Shown: positions 8,501 to 17,543 of the stretch, in pieces
Layout: every line of letters starts with the position of its first letter
Numbering within the stretch: position 1 is the stretch's first letter
DNA from: an uncultured archaeon
GTDB taxonomy: Archaea; Thermoplasmatota; Penumbrarchaeia; JASLWR01
Length of the DNA stretch: 64,000 nucleotides
Reading direction: 5' to 3'
Assembly: GCA_964342815.1 (NCBI GenBank)
Contig: CAYFHS010000017.1
Span: 13,302-77,301, forward strand
The notes under the pieces: model-generated
What the model was told of the DNA's origin: nothing
The model's database searches: none
Seen by the model: only the letters and a program-made list of their open reading frames with translations
Made by a program: the position numbers and the translations under genes

Positions 8501-11056
8501 CGGTAGTGGATTGATCTCGACGGTACGCGTAATGAGCTGAGACCATATATCATGGGAATCCTTTACTTTAAAAGTTACCGTGTACGTGCCTTCTTTCACG
8601 TATGCATGATCCACGTTAGCGGCATCGTCTGCATCCGAGTCGCCGAAGTCCCACATAAATCCGACAACACCGCCAGTTCCCCCGGAACCCGAGCCTGAAA
8701 ATGAAACGGGAATTCCCACCGTGGCCGGATTCGGAGCCATAGATAAAATTTCCCCCAAGGGTAGGGGATTTATCAGTACCGTACCCGACACCGGCACCGA
8801 CCAGATGTTGTGGGAATCCTTTACCTTGAGAGTGATAGTGTAAGTACCCGGCTTTGCGTAAATATGTGTGGGTTCCTGGATATTCGATGTAGAAGTGTCA
8901 CCCAGGTCCCAGTAGTACTCACCTATGCCTCCGGTTCCCCCGGAGGCGGCTGCAATTAGCTTTACCGGTTCCGTGAGGGTGGCAGCGGCCGGGGCAATCG
9001 AGCTTATCTCGGCAGTGGGTCTTTCATTCACTGTAACAGCCACCGAGGCCACGGGAGACCAAACGTCTTGGCTGTCCTGGACCTTCAATTTAACGGAGTA
9101 GCTTCCCTCCCGATTGTATGCATGGGTGGGATTCTGTGCCGATGAGGAAGAACCGTCGTCGAAATCCCAGAGGTAGCTCAATGAGCCGGTCCCCCGTGAG
9201 CCGCTTCCCGAAAATGAGATTATCTCAGTTGCCGTTGCGGGATTGGACCTCACCGATATTATGGTCGCCTGAGGGATTTGATTTACCACCACGGTGGAGG
9301 TCGCAGCTGCTGACCAGATATTATGGTTGTCTTTTACTCTGAAAGATACCGTATATGTACCAGCAGTCGAATAGCTGTGTGTGGGCGTGCGTGAGGACGA
9401 TGTCTTGGTATCGCCGAAATCCCATTCGTATGAGAGTGAGCCCGTGCCGTGGGCTCCGGTCCCGGTGAAACTGATACTAACGCCGACAGTAGCCGGATTG
9501 GGAGAGAGCCCGCTTATGGTTGCCGTGGGTTTGCGGTTTATGGTTATCTGGTAATTCACCCATGGAGTGTAGGTATCGTGACTGTCCTTTGCCCTGAATT
9601 TGACCGTAAAGGTACCATGACCCGTGTAAACGTGATTTGGCGCCTCGCCGGTGGTGGTGCTGCCATCACCGAAATTCCAGTCTGCCATGCTCATGGGCCC
9701 CCACCCTCCTGACATGCTGCCCTTGAACGACACTCTCTCGGAGACAGTGGCTGGGTCCGGCGAAACCGTATCTATGGATGCTGCGGGCTTGGCGTGTACT
9801 ACAATGGTTTTAATATCGGAATCGGTCCGAGCCTGGTCATCGGTTACTGTTAGCTGTACGTTAAATGTGCCTGGATTGTTGAATCTGTGCGACGGGTTGA
9901 CCGACTGTGAGGTTCCCCCGTCCCCAAAATTCCAGCGGTAGGAATATGGTGACAAACCGCCCTTGGTACTCGAAGAAAAGCTTACGTCGAATGGAGCATA
10001 TCCCTCCGCCGTATTTGCAGAAACTGTGGTTGCCAGGTCGGTGGCGGTGTAATCAAGGCTGATCCAGACGTCATCTAGCCAGAATTTGAAATATTCGAAA
10101 TTGTAAGGCCATGAGCCATATAAACGGGTTTGGAGACCAAAGATAAGAACGAATTCCCTGCTGTTCACGGCATGTGTGTTAAAAAAATTAGGCAGGTTCC
10201 CGCCTCCGCTGAGAGAGTCCAGTAACTTATTGTTAACGCTCACGGAAGGATTGGTAACACCTGAGGCCTGATCGTTTGGATCCCAGAAATCCAGGCACTT
10301 CCCGTTGCTGTCGGCCAATGGATCGGATGACGTCTTGAAATGTTCCAACATGGGATAGGTATTGCCATCCCCAATGAACGACGTCAGTATCACAAAATTG
10401 TTATTGTGATCGAAATCACCGCTGGATATCTTGTAATCGGCCCATACCCTGGCACCGGTTATGGTGTAATCGTCCCAGTATATGTAGTCGTCAAGGTCGA
10501 ACCATCGGTAACACCGGGCATATCCCCTGCTGTCCTCGCTTACGGCAATACCCCCGTTCTCACCGGCTTGTACGCACCAGGCGCCGGCGGCACCCGTGCC
10601 ATCCGCAAGATCTTCATCGGGCCTGACACGACTGTATATTCCCTCGCCGTTGGTCCAGGTCTGGGGTACGTCCTCGGTATCGTCAAAATCATCATTGGTT
10701 ATGGCTTCCTGAGTGATCCAGCCATTCTTGTGGGCCAGAGACCAGTCACCTGGATGATTGTGATTACCATCCTCGAAATTCATACCCTGGCCTCCCTGAC
10801 CAGGTGTGAAATCCATTCCAACATTGGCGTTCACGGCCCTAGACAGAGGGATTTTTACGGTCCCCTGCATATCATGGTTCGCGGGCTCATCATGGTCCTC
10901 CTCAAGAGACAAATCAACGATCGTGGATACCGGTGAGTTTTTCTCTTTTCCCGCAGTAGATCCAAAATTGGTTGCGAGGAGAGCTAATGATGCAATGATG
11001 ATTACGGTAAAGACTATAATAGTCGTTCTTGACCCGACCTGGTCTGTTTTTCCCAT
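5576..11056 (-). CDS. PKD-domain repeat surface protein (about 13 PKD-like domains) with C-terminal TM and a long charged cytoplasmic tail
   Basis: 1826 aa; repeated W(N/D)FGDG...H.Y..PGTY.V.L.V.D units (7), a WxSxxDG variant (5) and a final FVFGDG unit; TM YYYLLGGIGIVLLFIIVLFIVI. Confidence 0.92.
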   Translation of the reverse strand: MGKTDQVGSRTTIIVFTVIIIASLALLATNFGSTAGKEKNSPVSTIVDLSLEEDHDEPANHDMQGTVKIPLSRAVNANVGMDFTPGQGGQGMNFEDGNHNHPGDWSLAHKNGWITQEAITNDDFDDTEDVPQTWTNGEGIYSRVRPDEDLADGTGAAGAWCVQAGENGGIAVSEDSRGYARCYRWFDLDDYIYWDDYTITGARVWADYKISSGDFDHNNNFVILTSFIGDGNTYPMLEHFKTSSDPLADSNGKCLDFWDPNDQASGVTNPSVSVNNKLLDSLSGGGNLPNFFNTHAVNSREFVLIFGLQTRLYGSWPYNFEYFKFWLDDVWISLDYTATDLATTVSANTAEGYAPFDVSFSSSTKGGLSPYSYRWNFGDGGTSQSVNPSHRFNNPGTFNVQLTVTDDQARTDSDIKTIVVHAKPAASIDTVSPDPATVSERVSFKGSMSGGWGPMSMADWNFGDGSTTTGEAPNHVYTGHGTFTVKFRAKDSHDTYTPWVNYQITINRKPTATISGLSPNPATVGVSISFTGTGAHGTGSLSYEWDFGDTKTSSSRTPTHSYSTAGTYTVSFRVKDNHNIWSAAATSTVVVNQIPQATIISVRSNPATATEIISFSGSGSRGTGSLSYLWDFDDGSSSSAQNPTHAYNREGSYSVKLKVQDSQDVWSPVASVAVTVNERPTAEISSIAPAAATLTEPVKLIAAASGGTGGIGEYYWDLGDTSTSNIQEPTHIYAKPGTYTITLKVKDSHNIWSVPVSGTVLINPLPLGEILSMAPNPATVGIPVSFSGSGSGGTGGVVGFMWDFGDSDADDAANVDHAYVKEGTYTVTFKVKDSHDIWSQLITRTVEINPLPLAVLESVSLNPATVSEEIQFSGSGTRGTAGIKEYQWDFGDDIADQSSSPSHGYEEAGTYHVSFKVRDGLGVWSLPTTVDIDINPLPTAIIKSISPSTTTYGGEVSLSGAGTGGTGGITEYKWQSSIDGYISDMAEFSTGTLSVGIHTIYFQCGDSHGVWSESATQVFTVKADPGAATAQIESISPAECSYGEKVSFEGSAKGGSGTYIKYMWRSDIDGTISGKAAFMANNLSVGDHIIYFKVQDSKARWSSEVTGSVTIRMDDDAPIAEIISIAPSPLYTGEAVSFMGKGNGGTGIHIEFRWRSDRDGLLSSSDTFTSSSLTAGRHVIFFSVRDSASLWSAEVKKELLVMDTDAAPTASIENIHPNPSVQDGEVALIGRGEAKTGEIVEYIWFSDIDGELARTASFKIKSLSVGHHIISLRVRDSGARLSPPFQSLLVVEGKEGAPVARIELMEPALPKEEDEITFRGRGSGGSGQFEEYSWRSSLDGFLSDDPEFEKTLSAGEHIIYFKLKDSHGLWSSEISYNLTVLSTKNRLDAYLIVIPETPVVGEIVTFRSINHREEAEEFLFVFGDGDTTEWIKNEETTYSYSQAGTYIARLQLRDSEEKPGDFILLEIKVKEKQMGESVDGSVSSQLSGWYYYLLGGIGIVLLFIIVLFIVISRRKSRKRSIIEDMEPREVKIDYSRQKKKSSKDETGRVVPSDPSFQKGFKYSKSGKIIDESAMIVPKFPDSFGQGSAVKSPQPELLLPELTAVETGSVPAFPSEEIKGKFPEEISLQAYELQEKPFLKFEGKKPDYLDDELPGGKKEKKLPKIIREVKAESGKPKKSKAPRIIRELKSEDIGGAKLPRIVVSSQNIKEPAAVPESKEKIFEKEDMVNEAGRGDKQMVLNGKTKERLDFLINKFQNAASNKVSEKKDKPHIKEHSLNADIAAASVDDPNVEGDASRSVRSWFDDLKNRHGDSGGEKEDELPELVPE

Positions 11057-11316
11057 TTAAATCCCTCGACAATCGGTAAAATTATAAGTCGAACAAAGCC
11101 AATACATAGAAATCGGTCATTATAAAGGTTTCTTTTCAATTGACTGCATACCTAAAGGCTGTTTCATATGGATTTTCATATCACCGAAATATTAATCTAT
11201 CTAATATCCATATACACTTTACGCCCCCCAGAAGGCTGTTTTGAAAGGTATGAACACCGTTTTCGGCGCTTTATTCCTGGTAGGTAAATGCTTATCATAT
11301 GATATCCAGTGCAAGG

Positions 11317-11412
11317 CGGGGGCAATAACCGGTCCAGTATGGGTCCCCGGTCGACCGTGGTTTTAAACCTGGAATGAGACAAGGGCCAACCCCTGGACCG
11401 CACAAGCCCCCG
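11317..11412. other. GC-rich extended intergenic hairpin (candidate small structured RNA)
   Basis: CGGGGGC (11317-23)/GCCCCCG (11406-12); CGGTCCAG (11330-37)/CTGGACCG (11393-400); GGGT/ACCC; apical palindromes CGGTCGACCG and GGTTTTAAACC. Confidence 0.45.
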
Positions 11413-11584
11413 TCGGGTCAGTGCATGGAGAATTGTCTATGAAGATGCATGTTAAGATGGGGGTATACTTTTTTTGGGGACCAATATAATTCTCGTTGGT
11501 GATTTCTCCACTACACGCAGTCGGGGTTAAATCTAAATATCAACTATGCGATTAGCGAGATATAGTAATTTCAGAGGTTATCTC

Positions 11585-12493
11585 ATGGCTGCCAAAGACA
11601 CAGACTCTCTTATTGAAGAAGGTTTTAACAGTATAGAGAATGGAAAGTATAAAAAGGCGATCAAGACCTTCGACAAAGTGATAAAACAATCCCCCAACGA
11701 CCCTCTGGGTTATTTCGGGAAAGCCGAGGCTTCCGTGGGAGATACACGCCTTTCGTTGATGGACCTCTCGAAGCTTTACCGGAAGGCAACTGAGCTGGAG
11801 CCACTCAATGACCAGTATCTCTCGGCCTATGCGGATTTTTGTCTCTCGAACGGGCTTCTAGACAAGGGTGCTCAATTGTACGAGAAGGTCGCCGAACTGG
11901 TACCCGAGAACGCACCGGCGGTGTATATCGATCTCGCGTACGGTTACTGTAATTATGGTATGCTGTTTCTGGAGAGGCAGCCTGGAAAGGAGAAAGAAGA
12001 CATTTACCGGGAATCATTCGGATATCTTAAAAAAGGACTTGGCCTTGGAGAAGAAGAAGTTACTACATATCTAGATAAACTGGTGAAATACGAGGAGAGC
12101 GGCACAGACGGTTTGCTGGAACTGTCTTTTGGAGAAAAGCTAGCCGAAAGCGAAAGGAAAGCTATAAAGGAGGATTCTCAATTGGAAGAACTTGACGTGA
12201 TGTGCTCGAATTCACAAGACCCTCTCACGTTATTGGAATTTGGCCAGGAGTTCTTCTTTGCCGGACTACCCCTGACCGGAGAAAAATATTATCTGGAGGC
12301 CGCAGGAATGGATGAGGAAATGGGTTTCGAGATATACAACGATCTTGCGTCTCTTCTATACATGGCAGGTGGAGAAATGTCGGAAAGAGGAGTCATTGCA
12401 GGAGATGAGTCTGACGAAATTAAAGCGAAATCCCTCTATTATTCCATTAGAGCGATGAAACTCAGTGTCGGTAAAATAAGGGGCATTTTGTAA
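11585..12493 (+). CDS. Tetratricopeptide repeat protein
   Basis: TPR motifs (KYKKAIKTFDKVIKQSPNDPLGYFGKA; LYRKATELEPLN; LYEKVAELVPEN). Start placed at MAAKDTD (11585) rather than 11546. Confidence 0.85.
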   Translation: MAAKDTDSLIEEGFNSIENGKYKKAIKTFDKVIKQSPNDPLGYFGKAEASVGDTRLSLMDLSKLYRKATELEPLNDQYLSAYADFCLSNGLLDKGAQLYEKVAELVPENAPAVYIDLAYGYCNYGMLFLERQPGKEKEDIYRESFGYLKKGLGLGEEEVTTYLDKLVKYEESGTDGLLELSFGEKLAESERKAIKEDSQLEELDVMCSNSQDPLTLLEFGQEFFFAGLPLTGEKYYLEAAGMDEEMGFEIYNDLASLLYMAGGEMSERGVIAGDESDEIKAKSLYYSIRAMKLSVGKIRGIL

Positions 12494-12569
12494 GGCAAGG
12501 CAACGGGTAATTAAAAAATTTCAATAAATACAAGTCCATTTAACGCTGCTAACAGTATCGGGTGATATT

Positions 12570-13073
12570 ATGATCTGCGAATTATGCGGTAATGACGCTC
12601 CGAGATTGAGCGCGACACTTATTGAAGAGAGCATTCTGCAAGTTTGTTCAAGGTGCTCAAGGTACGGTGTGCGCCAGGGGAGACCGGCGGAAGATAAGAC
12701 TTCCGAGGACGGAGATTCCGTGGAGGAACGTTTGGAAAAGAGGGAAAGGAGACAAAAAGGCCGGGACATATATACCAATATCACAAACGAGCTGGTAACT
12801 GATTATGATCTCAAGATACGCCAGGGACGGCAGAAAATGGGACTTAACCAGAAAAAACTGGCCAGGCTGATACAGGAAAAACAATCGATAATCGCCAAGC
12901 TGGAAACGAAATCCATAAGACCTGATGATCGGCTAGTAAAAAAGTTAGAATCAGCTCTTGGTATCAAACTCACCGAGAATGTGGAGGTCTCCACTGAGAA
13001 AAGGAGAACTTCATCGGCGGGACTCACCATCGGCGAAATGATAATGATGCAGATGAAGGGTAATAAAAAGTGA
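12570..13073 (+). CDS. mbf1: Archaeal multiprotein bridging factor 1 (aMBF1): Zn ribbon plus Cro/C1-type HTH
   Basis: MICELCG...VCSRC N-terminal zinc ribbon; ELVTDY...IRQGRQKMGLNQKKLA...IAKLE..SIRPDDRLVKKLESALGIKL; C-terminal LTIGEM. Confidence 0.93.
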   Translation: MICELCGNDAPRLSATLIEESILQVCSRCSRYGVRQGRPAEDKTSEDGDSVEERLEKRERRQKGRDIYTNITNELVTDYDLKIRQGRQKMGLNQKKLARLIQEKQSIIAKLETKSIRPDDRLVKKLESALGIKLTENVEVSTEKRRTSSAGLTIGEMIMMQMKGNKK

Positions 13074-13079
13074 TTTTCC

Positions 13080-13901
13080 ATGTCTGCGGATATCTTCATT
13101 AGCGTGGTGGTGACGGTTTTCAACGAAGAGAATAACATGCCTGATTTTCTGGATTCATTCATCAATCAGGAAAGCCCTTTCGAGGTCCTCATTGTGGATG
13201 CAGGGTCTGCAGATGATACTCAGAGGATAGTTCGCTCCTATGAAAGAAAATACGATTTTATTAAACTGGAGATATTCCCCGGTACCAGAGGCGAGAGCAG
13301 GAATAGAGGTATTGAGATCGCCCAAGGAGATGTTATTGCATTCATTGACGGGGACACAATGGCGCACCCGTTCTGGTTGAAAGAATTGAGAAAAAGTTTC
13401 TTGCGGTCTGATGTGGTTGGAGGCCGGCTGGTCAATTTTGGGTACCAGCCCTTTGTGGAACTTGGGAGGGTGGAGGTTTTCTATAAAGGGTATGATCTGT
13501 CGCTTCCCTCATGCAATCTTGCCTTTAAAAAGAAAGTACTGGATCAGGTTGGCGGTTTCGATCCGGTTTTCATAACAGCTGAAGATATGGACCTTAACCT
13601 GAGATCGGTGATGGCGGGATATTCCATTGAATACAATGAAAACGCTATCGTATATCACCACGCGCGGTCCACCATTGTTGCATTTTTCAAGCAAGCCTTC
13701 TGGAACGGCGTTGGGAGAAAGCAGCTTGAGATGAAACACGGAAGTCTCTGGGGGAGTTATGATATAGGAGAGCTTCTCACAAGAAAGACCAATGTCTGGT
13801 ATTTTATCAGGATGGGGGTGGGGATCGGGGGATACGTAGCATGTACTCTTACCCGGGAAAAAAAATATTTTCCGAAACCGTCAAAAGCTAAGGAGAATTA
13901 G
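13080..13901 (+). CDS. Glycosyltransferase family 2 (GT-A)
   Basis: ISVVVTVFNEE, VLIVDAGSADDT, RNRGI..AQGDVIAFIDGD (DxD), GGFDPVF..AED.DL..R. Confidence 0.93.
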   Translation: MSADIFISVVVTVFNEENNMPDFLDSFINQESPFEVLIVDAGSADDTQRIVRSYERKYDFIKLEIFPGTRGESRNRGIEIAQGDVIAFIDGDTMAHPFWLKELRKSFLRSDVVGGRLVNFGYQPFVELGRVEVFYKGYDLSLPSCNLAFKKKVLDQVGGFDPVFITAEDMDLNLRSVMAGYSIEYNENAIVYHHARSTIVAFFKQAFWNGVGRKQLEMKHGSLWGSYDIGELLTRKTNVWYFIRMGVGIGGYVACTLTREKKYFPKPSKAKEN

Positions 13902-13968
13902 CTAAACATCATAGCTGAGATATGCATCGCAAGGTACATATGTATCATATTCCTTCACCCGTAAGAGA

Positions 13969-13976
13969 TTTATATA
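13969..13976 (+). promoter_or_regulatory. Putative BRE/TATA promoter of the coiled-coil/RING gene
   Basis: AAGAGA immediately followed by TTTATATA, about 30 nt upstream of ATG 14005 (short-leader geometry). Confidence 0.5.
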
Positions 13977-14004
13977 TTAACCTGCTAATCAAGGGTTGAT
14001 TTTG

Positions 14005-17000
14005 ATGAATGAAAATGAACAAGCTAAGCAACCTTCAGCCGTAAAGAAGAGAGCTGTTAAGAAGGCTGTAAAAAAGGCCGTAAAAAAGAAGGTTAGGACT
14101 CCAAAGGGAACTCCAGCCAAAGCTCAGCCAACAAAGCTCGACAAACTTATCGCCAAGAGTCGGAAAATTTACCGGGACTACGTTCGAAAGATCGAGCTTC
14201 TGGAAGGATCCGGAGCGGATATGAGCAGTATCGCCATTAACAGGGAAAGTGCCGCTCAGATGGTGGATTCCATCGTGTCCACTGCCGAATTGAAACAGTT
14301 CTTCGCTATATGCAAGGAACTGAACAGCGGTCTTGGAGACATTCAGAAGACATTTACCACCGATCTCATCAATGCTTTAAAGGGCGGTGTGGAAACGCTG
14401 GAATCCCTGGGAAAGGACGTTTCACTTGTAAATGAATCCATTGCGGCTGAGGAGGCAGCAGTTCAGAATGTTAAAATGAGCAATAAAGAACTTGAAGCCG
14501 CATTAAATCAGATCAACGAGATACGCCTCTGGATAAAAACAGAGACACAGAGGGAACCCGAAACCGATGACAAGACCGTAACAGAGGAGGAAACGGTGGT
14601 TGAGGCAGCTCCAATAGAGGCCGAAATGGACACTGCTGTGGAGACGCGGGAAGAACCTGTTTCTGAAGATGAGACCGCAACCGAGACAGAAACAACATCA
14701 GCTGAAGCAGAAACAGCTGTTGACGATACAGCTGCAGAGGAACATGAGAAAGAGAAAGTAGAGGAAACCGCGGAAGCCGAATCACCATCTCCCGAGGAAA
14801 TAGAACGAGAACAACTGAGGCGGAAGATGGCAGAGCTTGTCAATAATGCATATTTGAGCATCCAGAGCGCACAAGAAGAGAACTCGCTTCAATTCGGTGA
14901 AGCCTTGGAGATGGTTGAGAGGGCCGGGAACCTTATCTCGTCCGGTAATTATGACGACGTCGAAAGTCTGCTTCAGATGGTCCCACTTTCGATAGACACC
15001 GAGATCGAGCTTTGGAAGAGCGTCGGAAATAAGTTGGAAAAATGCCGAAAAGATCTGATCCAGGCAACGCAGCAGGGAATCAACTGCGACGAGATCAAGC
15101 TCAAGTTCACTGCTACAAGGGAATTATTCGATTCCGGAAAATTTTCCGAAGCAAATGAATCAGCGACTACTTTGGACACCGAGATTGCTCAAATCGTGGA
15201 GGATTTCAACCATACTGTAAAGAAGATCGAAGAGGTCAAATCCAACGTCACACTTGCAAGACAGGAAGAAATTGATGTATCTGAAGAGATCGGTAAATTC
15301 CAGTTCCTCAAATCATTTATGGCGGCAGGAGAATACAAACGGGCACAGGACACTCTCTTGGTTGTAAATGAAGCCGTAATGAAAAAGAGAAAGTATCGGG
15401 TAAGTGAAGAGATCAATCAGACAAAGATAATCCTGGGGAAGGCCCCTGAGTATATCGATGTGACGGAGCCTTTGTCCATACTTGATCGAGCCGGGGAAGA
15501 GCTTGAAAATGACGAGATCGATAAGGCCCTGGAAAGCGTCAAGGAGAGCAAAGAGCTGTCCATGAATATCAGGGAAAAGTACCTGGAACTCGTGGAAAAA
15601 TCAAATTCCATATCAAGCAGGATTCAGGAATTGAGTGAATTCGGCATCGATACCGGGGGGATACTGGAGGAATATTCCATTGGAAAGGAAGAACTGAAAA
15701 AGGGAGATTTTGGTCTATGTTCAGAGCACTTTGAGCTAGCCTTAAATGAAATAGAATCCCTGGAAAGTGGGGCAAGAGACAAGAACAAGGGGACAATCAT
15801 AGAGGATCTGAACACGTTAGGGTCCGAGATTGCGGAGTTGGAGGAAGAATATCCGGATGATGACACCTCCGGATTGAAAGAAGAACACACCCAATATCAG
15901 GAAGAATTTGAAGAGGCGCAAAGCCTGGATGATATCAGGAATTTGAAAAACAGCGTTGATGAGCTTGGGAAGAAAATCGGGGAAAAGAAGCAAGAATTGG
16001 CACGGTTGGCCCTGGAAAAGAGAGAACGGGCAATTCAGGGTGAATACAATGAAAAGGTTCAGCGATGCAGAATGCTCATGGAGGATATCGGTCTGCAGAC
16101 GGATATAGAAAATGAGAAAAAAAAGGTACAAGACAGTATTATAAAAGCACAAGGTGGGGATATCACCGAGGCGCTAACGTCCATCAACCAGATATACAAC
16201 GAGCTAATAGAGAAGAAAAAAGAACTGGATATCCGGGTGGAGATAGGTCTTGGAGGAAAAGGGTTCGAAGTGGGCATGTGGGGAGAAGCTCTCGTAAAGG
16301 CCGGTAACGTTGGCAGCTTCCCTATCTCGGGACTCTCGGTTCGACTTGAAGGTCCTTTCGAGATGAGGAGAGGGATCAGTTTCGACCGTATCGATCCCCA
16401 AGATATAAAGACCACCTCTGTTGCCATCAAGTTCACCGGCGTCGGCCGTATCCCGGTTGACATAACTCTGGATTTCACCTCGGAGCCCGACGGTGTCACA
16501 CGTCATAAAACGTTGATGCGATGGGCTGAAGTGAACAAGAAAGCGCCCTATGAAGTAAACATGGACTTTCAAGAGCCTGAAAAGAAAAAAGCAATACAAA
16601 AAAGTTCTTCTGCCCTGAAGGAAAAGACGTCAATGAGAATGATACCAAAGGAAAGCCGAAAACCGATAAAGGCATCACCCCTCGATACCTGCCCCGTGTG
16701 CCGGATGGCCGTGGAAAAGGGAGCGCTGAAATACCTCTGCGGTTGTACCCAGATGTATCACAAGAAATGCGCAGAAAAGGTGAACAATAACAGCTGTCTT
16801 TCCTGCGGTGTAGCGCTCTTCGAAAACGATAAAATGATCTTGACGTCGTGTTCGATATGTCAAATGGACGTTTGGCACGATGACGAGATGATTGCTCACG
16901 ACTGTGGAGAGTACTATCACAGGAACTGCATCCTCTCTGCCGGAAGCTGCAAGAACTGCTTTGCCCCCGTGGATTCCAGTACCGGTTTTATTCTGTCCAC

Positions 17001-17484
17001 ATGCATGGTATGCCACGAAATAGTAAGGGATGACGACGACCACCGAAGATGCAAATGCGGTGAAGCATATCACACTCCCTGTTACGCTAGGGTGAACTTC
17101 TGCGTCAGGTGCGGTATTAATATAAATCCTTCCGCAATGGCAAAATACCCACCAATCACAGAGGCCGAGGAGACAAGAGACCAAAAACCAGCGGAGAAAA
17201 AGTCAGCCATCATGGCACCCGTTGCCGTGGAAAGTAAAAAACCCGTGCAAATAAAGCCGGAAATGAAACCGGTTGTAAGAGAAGGTGTCACTACAGACAC
17301 CACCCCGGATCAAAGCACTTCGACCTCAGCTGATGACAGTGCTAAAGTGGAGACAGAAAGCCCAAAGGCTGAAAAAGAGGAAAAGGAAGCAGAAAGCTCG
17401 GAAGAGGTTTCGGCCGAGTCCGGAGACACTGAATTAGGGGATGACCTTGATTCACTTCTAGACGACCTCGAGGAAACGTTATAG
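14005..17484 (+). CDS. Large coiled-coil protein with Lys/Ala-rich N-terminus, a beta-sandwich domain and three tandem RING/PHD-like zinc fingers
   Basis: AVKKRAVKKAVKKAVKKK N-terminus; long Glu/Lys-rich helical body; three C-x2-C-x12-(C/H)-x-C-x4-H-x2-C-x6-8-C-x2-C units; acidic tail. ORF track starts at TTG 13996; ATG at 14005. Confidence 0.85.
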   Translation: MNENEQAKQPSAVKKRAVKKAVKKAVKKKVRTPKGTPAKAQPTKLDKLIAKSRKIYRDYVRKIELLEGSGADMSSIAINRESAAQMVDSIVSTAELKQFFAICKELNSGLGDIQKTFTTDLINALKGGVETLESLGKDVSLVNESIAAEEAAVQNVKMSNKELEAALNQINEIRLWIKTETQREPETDDKTVTEEETVVEAAPIEAEMDTAVETREEPVSEDETATETETTSAEAETAVDDTAAEEHEKEKVEETAEAESPSPEEIEREQLRRKMAELVNNAYLSIQSAQEENSLQFGEALEMVERAGNLISSGNYDDVESLLQMVPLSIDTEIELWKSVGNKLEKCRKDLIQATQQGINCDEIKLKFTATRELFDSGKFSEANESATTLDTEIAQIVEDFNHTVKKIEEVKSNVTLARQEEIDVSEEIGKFQFLKSFMAAGEYKRAQDTLLVVNEAVMKKRKYRVSEEINQTKIILGKAPEYIDVTEPLSILDRAGEELENDEIDKALESVKESKELSMNIREKYLELVEKSNSISSRIQELSEFGIDTGGILEEYSIGKEELKKGDFGLCSEHFELALNEIESLESGARDKNKGTIIEDLNTLGSEIAELEEEYPDDDTSGLKEEHTQYQEEFEEAQSLDDIRNLKNSVDELGKKIGEKKQELARLALEKRERAIQGEYNEKVQRCRMLMEDIGLQTDIENEKKKVQDSIIKAQGGDITEALTSINQIYNELIEKKKELDIRVEIGLGGKGFEVGMWGEALVKAGNVGSFPISGLSVRLEGPFEMRRGISFDRIDPQDIKTTSVAIKFTGVGRIPVDITLDFTSEPDGVTRHKTLMRWAEVNKKAPYEVNMDFQEPEKKKAIQKSSSALKEKTSMRMIPKESRKPIKASPLDTCPVCRMAVEKGALKYLCGCTQMYHKKCAEKVNNNSCLSCGVALFENDKMILTSCSICQMDVWHDDEMIAHDCGEYYHRNCILSAGSCKNCFAPVDSSTGFILSTCMVCHEIVRDDDDHRRCKCGEAYHTPCYARVNFCVRCGININPSAMAKYPPITEAEETRDQKPAEKKSAIMAPVAVESKKPVQIKPEMKPVVREGVTTDTTPDQSTSTSADDSAKVETESPKAEKEEKEAESSEEVSAESGDTELGDDLDSLLDDLEETL

Positions 17485-17543
17485 GAGCCGCTGGGGAATC
17501 ATAAAATAATTTTTTTCTATAATCGATAGTAGTGTGAATTAAA

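Noticed and set aside
11317-11412. Hairpin as tRNA, 5S rRNA, SRP RNA or canonical H/ACA guide
   Set aside because: No TpsiC/D-loop, 5S or SRP helix-8 consensus, and no correctly placed ACA box. Kept only as an unclassified candidate.
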